A stretch of DNA of 64,000 nt from Corallococcus sp. EGB (GTDB lineage: Bacteria > Myxococcota > Myxococcia > Myxococcales > Myxococcaceae), in NCBI RefSeq assembly GCF_019968905.1, contig NZ_CP079946.1, positions 5,729,356-5,793,355 on the forward strand, given 5' to 3'. Shown here in pieces: positions 36,371 to 45,205 of this stretch (positions are counted from its first letter, which is position 1; every line of letters starts with the position of its first letter). The notes below the pieces were generated by a model. It searched no databases and was not told the DNA's origin. It was given only the letters and a program-made list of their open reading frames with translations. A program made the translations under genes and the position numbers.

Positions 36371-36655
36371 TCAGGGGAACGGCAGGTTCAGCACGAAGTA
36401 GAACGAGTCGTAATAAATCTGGTACGCCTCGAGGAACAGGTCGATGACGTTGGACTGCTTGTCTTCGTTCCAGCGGATCTTCACCGTGGCGCCGATGACG
36501 AGCCCGACGATCAACACCCAGTTGATCATCGAGTACTCCACCATGGCCTGGCCACGGCGGGCCCGGCGCGGCGGCGACTTCCGGGGGCTGTTCACGGGGG
36601 GAGCGTGCACGATGCCCCCATTATCCAGCACCGGGGCCCTGGACGCATCGGTCAT
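36371..36655 (-). CDS. Candidate Flp/Fap-family type IVb prepilin: 37-aa basic leader, G/QAMVEY processing motif, hydrophobic helix. Could alternatively start at the internal Met as a 57-aa product
   Basis: ...RRARRGQAMVEYSMINWVLIVGLVIGATV... matches the Flp G-XXXX-EY motif followed by a hydrophobic helix; GC3 is clearly lower than in neighbouring genes (att, tat, aat, gaa codons); sits between the anti-sigma gene and cpaB. Confidence 0.55.
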   Translation of the reverse strand: MTDASRAPVLDNGGIVHAPPVNSPRKSPPRRARRGQAMVEYSMINWVLIVGLVIGATVKIRWNEDKQSNVIDLFLEAYQIYYDSFYFVLNLPFP

Positions 36656-36673
36656 GTGGACTGCCGCCCTCCC

Positions 36674-38074
36674 CTACTGCGCGGGCTGGGCGGGGGCCGC
36701 CTTGGACGGAGCCGCGGGGGGCGTGGCCTGACGCAGGCGGCGCTGGGCCAGCTGGGCCGCGCTGGAGTCCGGGGCCTCGGAGATGATCTGCCCGCAGACG
36801 GCGGCGGCCTCCCGGGTCCGGCCCTGGACGGACTCGGACTCACAGAGGCGGGAGAGCAGCGCCAACCGCTCGCTGCCGTTGGCTCCAGCCGCGAGCGCGG
36901 CGCGCAGCAGCCGGGCCTCGCTGGCACGGTCGCCCCGCTCCGCGGCGGCCTGGGCCTGGGCGGACAGATCGCGCGCCGTCATCGCCTTGTCGGAGGCGGC
37001 CTTCCCCACGGGCACGGGCTTCGCGGTCGACGCCCGGGGGGACGCGGGCTCCGGGGGCGCGGCCCCGCCAATGGAGCCCGGGGTGCCGGGGGCCATGGTC
37101 ACGGACTGGGCCTGGGGCGCGGCGGCCGCAGGAGGCGGCGGCGACGCGGAAGCGCTCGCGCCCCCCTCGTCCGCGTCGTCCGCGGCGAGCCCCCGGCCAT
37201 AGGCCTTCGCGCCCAACCGCAGCGAGTCGTCCTTCGCGGCCAGCGCGGTGTCCGCGCCTGCCGCCGTCGCACGCCGCGGCGCGGGGACGACCTTTCCGGC
37301 CAGGTAGCCGTCGGACTTCTCTTCCTTCAGCGATGAAGCCATCTCCGCTGGCAGAGCCCCCGCGGCCGGTTCGAGCGGCGCGAACTCGTTGTCCGCGTCG
37401 CGGACGGCCTTGGCCACCTTCTTCTTCGGGGCGTCGTCGTACGAGCGGCGCCGCTCCAGGAGCGCGCCGCCGCTGCCCGCGTTCATCCAGTCCGACGGAC
37501 GGGCCGCGCCCTTGAGCTCCGCCTCCGCCTGATTCCGGTCGAACTTCTCATCCATCGGCGCGGGTGAGACGGCCGCCAGCGCATCCGCGGCGCCCTCGGA
37601 GGAAGCCTCCTTCACGGCAGTGGGGGCAGGCGCCATCGTCGCGGTCGGCTGGCGCTTGTCCCACTCCTCCGCCTTCGCCGCGACCGGAGCGGCCTTCTGC
37701 GACAGGTTCGGCTCCAGCTGGAGGTTCTGGCTGATGGTCAGCGAGAGGAGGCCGAAGGTGCTCACCATGGCCACGCCCACCGCAGGCAGCAGCCAGCGGC
37801 GCCAGCGCGAGGGCTTCGGCTCGGGCCCCGCGGCGGCGCGGCGCGCGGCCTGCTCCGCGTACGCGAGCAGCGACTCCAGGCCCGCGTCCGGCGCGGGTTC
37901 GGCCGACAGCTGCGCCATGGTGGTGCGCACGCCGCGGATGTCCGCCAGCGCCTTCGTGCAGCGCGCACAGCCCTGGACGTGCTGCTCCAGCACCTGGGCT
38001 TCCGACGCGGGCAGCTCGCCGTAGGCGAAGTCGAGGAGCCGGTCCTCGTGCGCATGGACATTCTGGGCACTCAT
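36674..38074 (-). CDS. Anti-sigma factor: N-terminal zinc-binding ZAS-like domain, TM helix, Ala/Pro-rich periplasmic region with C-terminal TPR
   Basis: HVQGCARCTKAL (HxxxCxxC) anti-sigma motif; TM helix WLLPAVGVAMVSTFGLLSLTI; start overlaps the ECF sigma stop. Confidence 0.7.
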   Translation of the reverse strand: MSAQNVHAHEDRLLDFAYGELPASEAQVLEQHVQGCARCTKALADIRGVRTTMAQLSAEPAPDAGLESLLAYAEQAARRAAAGPEPKPSRWRRWLLPAVGVAMVSTFGLLSLTISQNLQLEPNLSQKAAPVAAKAEEWDKRQPTATMAPAPTAVKEASSEGAADALAAVSPAPMDEKFDRNQAEAELKGAARPSDWMNAGSGGALLERRRSYDDAPKKKVAKAVRDADNEFAPLEPAAGALPAEMASSLKEEKSDGYLAGKVVPAPRRATAAGADTALAAKDDSLRLGAKAYGRGLAADDADEGGASASASPPPPAAAAPQAQSVTMAPGTPGSIGGAAPPEPASPRASTAKPVPVGKAASDKAMTARDLSAQAQAAAERGDRASEARLLRAALAAGANGSERLALLSRLCESESVQGRTREAAAVCGQIISEAPDSSAAQLAQRRLRQATPPAAPSKAAPAQPAQ

Positions 38075-38718
38075 CCCGCCACCGTCCTTCCATCCTCCGA
38101 CAGGTCGCCGTCCACGCCCAGCTCTCCCAGGCGGCGGCGCAGGCCCTCCAGCGCGTAGCGCATCCGGCTCTTCACCGTGTTCTCGGACACGCCCGTCACC
38201 TCGGCGATCTCCTTGAACGGGATGCCGCTGTACTCGCGCAGCACGAACACCTCGCGCTGTTCCTCCGGAAGGGCCCCGAGGGCCCGCTCCAACAGGGGCC
38301 GGAGCCGGGCGTTGTGCGCCCCGCGCTCCGGGCTGGCCCCGGCATCCGGCAGCCCCTCGCCCAGCGGACGTCCCTCGTCGCCGTCGGCACCCGCCGAGGG
38401 GGCTTCCAGGGACGTCGCCTGGCGGTAGCTCTCTTTGCGGGTGCTGTCCACGCAGAGGTTCCTCGCGATGGTGTACAGCCAGGTCGTGAACCGGGCCTTG
38501 GGCTCGTATTCCCGGGCGCTGCGGACGACCTTGAGCCAGGTCTCCTGCAGCACGTCCTCCGCCCGCGCCCGGTGCCCCACGAAGCGCAGGATGAAGTTGA
38601 ACACCGGCGCGCGGTGCTTGCGTACCAACGCTTCGAACGCGCGCGCGTCTCCCGCCTGGAAGGCGAGCATCAGCTGCTCGTCTGAGGTTTCGGGTGCCAA
38701 ACTTCCCCCAGTGCCCAT
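38071..38718 (-). CDS. ECF (sigma-70 family, RpoE-like) sigma factor. Start at MGTGGSLAPETSDEQLMLAFQAGD
   Basis: Region 2 (VFNFILRFVGHRARAEDVLQETWLKV) and region 4 (FKEIAEVTGVSENTVKSRMRYALEGLR) motifs. Confidence 0.8.
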   Translation of the reverse strand: MGTGGSLAPETSDEQLMLAFQAGDARAFEALVRKHRAPVFNFILRFVGHRARAEDVLQETWLKVVRSAREYEPKARFTTWLYTIARNLCVDSTRKESYRQATSLEAPSAGADGDEGRPLGEGLPDAGASPERGAHNARLRPLLERALGALPEEQREVFVLREYSGIPFKEIAEVTGVSENTVKSRMRYALEGLRRRLGELGVDGDLSEDGRTVAG

Positions 38719-38782
38719 GAAGCCACGGGTGCCATCCCCTTCACCGCCCACGGCCTGTAACGGACAGCCGCGCGCGAAAGGT

Positions 38783-39274
38783 CTATTCCGGCCGTGGCCG
38801 CCGGTAAGTGGCGAGAATGACAGGGACGGCAACCGCTGTCACCAGAAGTGCCTGCGCCAGCAGCACCGCCGGTAGCGGGCGCTGCACATGGACGTACAGC
38901 GAGCGGCCAAGAGCCAGCCCCAGCAGGACGCCCGTCAACGTGCGCACCGCGTTGGAACCGGAAGCGGGCCGGAAGCGTCCCACCGCCCAGTCCCCGAGCG
39001 CGGGCAGCGTGAGCGCCAGCACCACCGGCACGTCCCACTCCCACTGGAGCGGCGCCTTCAGCGCGAACAGCCCGACGAAGACGGCGGCGAGCACCGGGTA
39101 CGTGCCCAGGCACCGCGCGCACACGCGCGCGCCCGCGAGCAGGTACGTGCGGTTGTACTCATCCGCGTGATGATGGCTGAGCCAGAACACCGGCACCTCC
39201 TCCGGACGCGGAAACAGCGGGCCCGTGCTGCATGTCGCGCGAATCCCCTTCGGCCAGGAAGCACGCCGCGGCAT
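38783..39274 (-). CDS. DUF2085-like membrane protein (Cys-rich CxxC); start uncertain
   Basis: [10 protein letters not shown] motif plus three or four TM helices; the track ORF (to 39331) and even the MPRRASW start overlap the 3' end of the upstream ABC ATPase gene. Confidence 0.45.
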   Translation of the reverse strand: MPRRASWPKGIRATCSTGPLFPRPEEVPVFWLSHHHADEYNRTYLLAGARVCARCLGTYPVLAAVFVGLFALKAPLQWEWDVPVVLALTLPALGDWAVGRFRPASGSNAVRTLTGVLLGLALGRSLYVHVQRPLPAVLLAQALLVTAVAVPVILATYRRPRPE

Positions 39275-40210
39275 GGCCTCCCCCCAGGGGATACAGCGGC
39301 GGTGATTCAAGGCGGCAGCGCTCCATCGCATGCGGGCAGCGCGGATGGAAGGCGCAGCCGGACGGCGGAGACAGGGGCGAAGGCGGCTCGCCCGGCAGGA
39401 GCAGCCGGGCCCGGGGACGCTCCGGATCCGGCACCGGCACCGCGGACAGCAGGGCCTGCGTGTACGGATGGCGGGGACCTGCGTACAGCGCCCGCGACGG
39501 CGCGACCTCCACGATGCGGCCCAGGTACATCACCGCCACGCGCGTGGACACGTACTCCACGATCTTCAGGTCGTGCGCGATGAAGACGTAGGTCAGCCCG
39601 CGCTCGCGCTGCAGGTCCACCAGCAGGTTGACGATCTGCGCCTGGATGGAGACGTCCAGCGCGCTGATGGGCTCGTCCGCCACCACCAGGTCCGGACGCA
39701 ACGCGATGGCACGTGCGATGCCGATGCGTTGACGCTGGCCTCCGGAGAACTCGTGCGGGTAGCGGTGCCGCGCCTCGCGGGGCAGCCCCATGGCGTCGAG
39801 CAGCGCCAGCACCTCGTCCTCGCGAGCCTTGCCCTTCGCGAGCCCGTGGATGGCGAAGGGCTCCGCGAGGATGTCGCCCACCATCATGCGCGGGTTGAGC
39901 GATGCGTACGGGTCCTGGAAGACGAGCTGCATCTGCCGGCGCAGCGGGCGCAGCTCGCGCTGGGACAGCCCGGTCAGCTCGCGCCCGGCCACGCGGATGG
40001 AGCCGGAGGTCGGGTCGAGGAGGCGCAGCACCGCGCGCCCCAGGGTGCTCTTGCCGCAGCCGCTCTCCCCCACCAGGCCCAGCGTCTCGCCCCGGGCGAC
40101 GTCGAAGGACACGCCGTCCACCGCGCGCACCGTGCCGCGCGTTCGCCCCAGCCACCCGCCCTTCACCGGGAAGTGGACCTTGAGGTCGCGCACCTGGACC
40201 AGGGGTTCGC

Positions 40211-40214
<4 letters not shown>
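39159..40214 (-). CDS. Oligopeptide/dipeptide-type ABC transporter ATP-binding protein (OppF/DppF-like). Start at [11 protein letters not shown]; no cognate permease or binding protein nearby
   Basis: Walker [10 protein letters not shown], signature [14 protein letters not shown], Walker B LVVADEP, C-terminal oligopeptide-ABC domain (HPYTQALL...CAFHPRCP); the 3' end may be shorter than the ORF. Confidence 0.75.
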
Positions 40215-41232
<1,018 letters not shown>

Positions 41233-41236
<4 letters not shown>

Positions 41237-42225
41237 TTCTGGGCCAGCTCCTCCAGGAACTCCGCCTCCTGGATGAGCCCCTTGCGGATGAGCAGGCGGA
41301 TGAGGCTCGCGACCATGCGCGCGGGCTTCACCTTCTCCGTGTCCAGGCTGGCCTCCTCGCCGCGCGAGATGCGGTCGATGTCGTCCAGCACCGCCAGGTC
41401 CTCCTCGGAGAAGTCCGGCTTGGGCGTGAGGGCCACGGACGGCTTCACGCCCTGCGCGGCGCCGCCGAAGAGCACCACCGGCACGCGCGGCTTGCTCGGG
41501 TCCTCCGGCTCCGAGGGAGGCGGGGGTGGCGGCGGACGGGCCGCGGCGGGCGGGGGCGGAGGACGCGGGGCCTTGGGACGGGGCGTGGAGCCCAGGATGT
41601 CCTCGAGCACCTCCGCGCCGTCCGTGGAGGAGTCATGGGGCGGCGGCGGAGGCAGGTCCCAGTCCAGCGGCGGCGCGGGCGGGCGCGGCGGCGCGGGCGG
41701 GCGCGCGGCGGCCGGCGGGGGCGACGGCAGGATGTCCGGCGAATCGTCCTCGTCCATGTCCATGGGTTCAGCCTCCACGATGTCCAGCGGCTCGCCCCGG
41801 CCGCGCGAGAGCGCCTGCTCCAGGTCGTCCGACGCGGCGACGAACACCTTGAGCGGCTTGCGCAGCTGGAAGCGCAGCTCGTCCACCAGCATCAGGTTGC
41901 CCGGGTCCTCCACCGCGACGTGGATCTTCTCGCTGCGGCCGTCCTGCTCCGCGGCGAAGAGGAGCACCCGGTGCTCCGTCTGGAAGTCCATGGACACCAG
42001 CGACGACACCCCGTGCGGGATGTACTCGGGGAGCTTCACGAACGGCAGCTCGTGCTGCGCCGCCAGCGCCCGCGCGATGTCCTGGCCCGTGCACAGGCCC
42101 ATGGACACCAGCACCTCCCCCAGCTTGCGTCCCTGCCCGCGACGTCCGGAGGCCAGGGCCTGCTTCACCTGCTCGTCCGTCACCACTCCGGCCTGGACGA
42201 GGAGCTCACCAATCTTCTTGCGCAT
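41233..42225 (-). CDS. Standalone T2SSE_N/MshEN-domain protein (N-terminal domain of GspE/PilB ATPases, no ATPase domain) with a Pro-rich C-terminal half
   Basis: Two MshEN-type 24-residue motifs: [24 protein letters not shown] and [24 protein letters not shown] ([RK]LGxxLLxxGLLxxxxLxxALxxQ). Confidence 0.7.
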
Positions 42226-42234
42226 GGCCGGGGG

Positions 42235-42984
42235 CTACCGCTTGACCTTGGCGAGGTATTCCTCGCGAGAGAAAACGCCCTTCTCGATGAGCAGCTCCAC
42301 CATGGCCTTCAGCGCCGCGACCTCCTTGCGCTGGACCTCCTCCACGCTCTTGAGCAGCTCCGCGGGGCTTCCGGACGCCGCGCGGGGCGCCTCCTGCGGA
42401 GGCGCCTGACGGGGCGGCGGCGCGGCGGCGGGCTTGGGGGACATGGCCACCGCGGCGGCCGGGTCCAGGTCCTTGAGGTTCTTCACGACGGTGCGGCCCT
42501 GCGCGTCCACCACCTTGAAGTTGGTGTCCGCGTCCTCCAGCTCCGCCGTCTCCTCGTAGAGGCGCGCGAACGCCCGCGCCACGGAGGTGCGCCCCGCCAC
42601 GTTGGCCACGATGCGGCACTTGGACAGGGCCCGCAGCTCGTCCAGCACGCGCACGTTGAGCGGGTCCGACATGGCGACCACCAGCGTCTTGCCGTCGTCG
42701 CGCAGCTGCAGCGGCACGACAGAGAAGTCGCGGGCCGTCTGCGCCGGAATCTTGGCCTTCACGTGCGGCGGCACCATCTGCACGGAGTCCAGGTTCACCG
42801 CCGGCATGCCGAGCTGCTTCGACAGGGCGCGCACGAGGATGTCCTCGGAGACGAGGTTCATCCGGACGAGGATCTCGCCCAGCTTCCCGCCCCACTTGGC
42901 CTGCTCGGCGAGCGCCGCCTTGAGCTGGCTCTCCTGCAGGACGTTTGCCTTGATCAGCAGTTCTCCAAGCTTGATCTGTGCCAT
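42235..42984 (-). CDS. Standalone T2SSE_N/MshEN-domain protein. Start at MAQIKLGELLIKANVL
   Basis: Motifs KLGELLIKANVLQESQLKAALAEQ and KLGEILVRMNLVSEDILVRALSKQ (G10 replaced by N); no ATPase domain. Confidence 0.7.
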   Translation of the reverse strand: MAQIKLGELLIKANVLQESQLKAALAEQAKWGGKLGEILVRMNLVSEDILVRALSKQLGMPAVNLDSVQMVPPHVKAKIPAQTARDFSVVPLQLRDDGKTLVVAMSDPLNVRVLDELRALSKCRIVANVAGRTSVARAFARLYEETAELEDADTNFKVVDAQGRTVVKNLKDLDPAAAVAMSPKPAAAPPPRQAPPQEAPRAASGSPAELLKSVEEVQRKEVAALKAMVELLIEKGVFSREEYLAKVKR

Positions 42985-43043
42985 GTCGTGCGCGCCATAG
43001 TACCCGGTTTGAGCCGGGGCGCTTCCTTTCAACGCCTGGAAGC

Positions 43044-43874
43044 TCAGGAACCCGGCGCGGGGGGCGGCTGAGACACCGGCCCCTCCGAGTGGACCTCCTG
43101 GCCCCGCGCGTCGACGTTCACCACCTTCGCCCCCTCGGGAGCGGCCAGCTCGTAGAGCGACAGGTCCGGCCGGCCGTTGAGGCGGATGTCGGTGTATTTC
43201 AGGTCCAGCTTCGTGTCCGCCGAGGCGGCGATGAGGTGCACCTTGTCCGGAAAGAACAGATCTCCGCGCTGCTGGAAGTCCTCGAACGCCAGATCATAGC
43301 CCGGCACGCCCCGGACCTCGCTCTTCACCACGCGCAGGTGCTTGGGGTCCACGCGCAGTGTCTGCGTGGCGGGTCCCCGCTGGAGCTTGAGCACGTACAC
43401 CCGCTCCTTCTCGTCCAACTCCAGGGTCATGGACTCCGGGGGCAGCAGGGGGACCTGGCCCAGCATCACCGCGACCAGCTCCTCGCTCGGCAGGACGACG
43501 GGCAGGAAGCGGGACACGTTCTCCGCGCTCGCCGGGCCCTGGAGGTACGTGTTCTCCCGCGCCTGGTAGACGCCGAAGCGCTCGCCGTCGGAGATGAGCG
43601 AGGCCACCGGGCGGTTGAAGAAGTCGAACGTCTCCAGGTGGATGTACGCCGGGCGGGTGATGGAGAGGAAGGTGGAGAGCGTTCCGCTGCCCTGGGGGGA
43701 GTCCACGTGCAGCTTGGCGTCGCCCTCCAGGTTCACCACCTTCGCCTGCCGCTCGCGCACGTGCTGGTAGAGCGTCTGGGCGTCCTCGATGCGGCCCTCC
43801 GGACCGAACTCGAGGCGTTTGGGGCAGGCAGAACAGAGGAGGGCCAGGAAGATTGCGGCGGCTGCGCGGTTCAT
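43044..43874 (-). CDS. Outer-membrane lipoprotein, LolB-like/DUF4292 family
   Basis: Signal peptide with lipobox LLCSACP; LolB-like beta-barrel length and pattern. Confidence 0.6.
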   Translation of the reverse strand: MNRAAAAIFLALLCSACPKRLEFGPEGRIEDAQTLYQHVRERQAKVVNLEGDAKLHVDSPQGSGTLSTFLSITRPAYIHLETFDFFNRPVASLISDGERFGVYQARENTYLQGPASAENVSRFLPVVLPSEELVAVMLGQVPLLPPESMTLELDEKERVYVLKLQRGPATQTLRVDPKHLRVVKSEVRGVPGYDLAFEDFQQRGDLFFPDKVHLIAASADTKLDLKYTDIRLNGRPDLSLYELAAPEGAKVVNVDARGQEVHSEGPVSQPPPAPGS

Positions 43875-43916
43875 ATGTCCTAGTGTGAGCCAGGGCCGCC
43901 TGCCCGGTCATCCATC

Positions 43917-44648
43917 ATGAGCCTGAACGATCTACTTCATTACCTTCGCCTGGGCGGCGTCACCCTCGCCCTCCTCCTGGGCGCCTCCGTGGTGGCCCTG
44001 GGCGTGGCCATCGAGCGGCTCATCGCCCTCTGGGGCGTGAGCGAGCGCTCCCGCAACCTGGGGGAGATCGTCCAGAAGCACCTCCTCCGGGGGGACGTGG
44101 CCGCCGCCCGCACCGCCGCCGAGCGCTCCGACGCCGTGGCGGCCGACATCTTCCTCGCCGGGTTCGACCGCTGGGAGCGCTCCCGCACCAACGGGGGCAA
44201 CGGCATCGAGTCCGCCGTGGAGCGCGAGCGCGCCCAGGTGGGACTCAAGCTGCGGCGCAACCTGTGGCTGCTCGCCACCATCGGTTCGACGACGCCCTTC
44301 GTGGGCCTCTTCGGCACCGTGGCCGGCATCATGCGGTCCTTCAAGGACCTGGGCGTGGACGTGGAGGCCGGCGGCACCGGCGGCTCCGCGGCCGTGATGA
44401 CGGGCATCTCTGAGGCGCTCGTCGCCACCGCCGTGGGCATCCTCGTCGCCGTGCAGGCGATGGTCTTCTACAACTACTTCCAGGCCCGGCTGGCCCGGGT
44501 GCTGGTGGAGCTGCGGCTGTTGGGTGACGAGTTCGTGGAGGTCCTCAAGGAGCGCGCCTCCGGAGGCCCCGCGCCGGAGGCCACCACGCCCCCGCGCGAG
44601 AGCACCCCGCCTCCCGTCCCCCGGACGGATCCGCAGCCCGCCTCGTAA
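43917..44648 (+). CDS. MotA/TolQ/ExbB-family proton channel
   Basis: Three TM helices, conserved GLFGTVAGIMRSF motif. Confidence 0.85.
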   Translation: MSLNDLLHYLRLGGVTLALLLGASVVALGVAIERLIALWGVSERSRNLGEIVQKHLLRGDVAAARTAAERSDAVAADIFLAGFDRWERSRTNGGNGIESAVERERAQVGLKLRRNLWLLATIGSTTPFVGLFGTVAGIMRSFKDLGVDVEAGGTGGSAAVMTGISEALVATAVGILVAVQAMVFYNYFQARLARVLVELRLLGDEFVEVLKERASGGPAPEATTPPRESTPPPVPRTDPQPAS

Positions 44649-44663
44649 GGAGAGACGCCCACC

Positions 44664-45119
44664 ATGGCCATGGGAAAGACGCCCGGCGCGTCCGAGGACG
44701 AAGGCGACGGCGCGGGCTTCGCGGAGATCAACATCACGCCGCTGACGGACGTGATGCTGGTGCTGCTCATCATCTTCATGGTGACCAGCTCGGTCATCAC
44801 CCAGCAGGGCCCGGGCGGCGGCGCCAAGGCGGGCCTCAAGGTGAACCTGCCCAAGGGCGGCGCCGCGGACGTCACCGCGCGCACCACGGACCTGTCCGTG
44901 GCCGTGCTGGCGGACGGCCGCTTCGTGCTCGCGGGCAACGTGGTGGCGGAGGCGGAGCTCAAGCAGGCCTTCGACAAGGCGAAGGAGCAGAACCCCGACA
45001 CCGTGGTCATCGTGCAGGCGGACGAGGGCGTCCCCCACGGCACCGTGGTGCAGGTGATGGAGCTGGCCAAGAAGGCCGGCCTCGCGCAGCTGGCCATCGG
45101 CGTGCGCGAAGGCAACTAG
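44664..45119 (+). CDS. ExbD/TolR-family biopolymer transport protein
   Basis: EINITPLTDVMLVLLIIFMV N-terminal TM motif, then the periplasmic domain. Confidence 0.85.
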   Translation: MAMGKTPGASEDEGDGAGFAEINITPLTDVMLVLLIIFMVTSSVITQQGPGGGAKAGLKVNLPKGGAADVTARTTDLSVAVLADGRFVLAGNVVAEAELKQAFDKAKEQNPDTVVIVQADEGVPHGTVVQVMELAKKAGLAQLAIGVREGN

Positions 45120-45142
45120 GCGCGGACAGGCGCGAAAAGCAG

Positions 45143-45179
45143 AAGGCCCCCCGGCGCTTCACGTGCCGGAGGGCCTTCT
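45143..45179. terminator. Bidirectional rho-independent terminator between the convergent exbD and fadE genes
   Basis: GAAGGCCCCCCGGCG-cttcacgt-GCCGGAGGGCCTTC hairpin; T-run on the minus strand (ctgcttttcgcg); approximate coordinates. Confidence 0.55.
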
Positions 45180-45205
45180 TCATGTCAGGTGCCTCAGGGG
45201 CCGCC

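Noticed and set aside
39159-39331. Possibility that the oppF-like and DUF2085 genes are fused or one is a pseudogene
   Set aside because: Both have intact motifs and high GC3. The overlap more likely reflects uncertain start and stop positions (an OppF C-terminal tail of variable length) than gene decay. The call is kept at moderate confidence rather than as a pseudogene.
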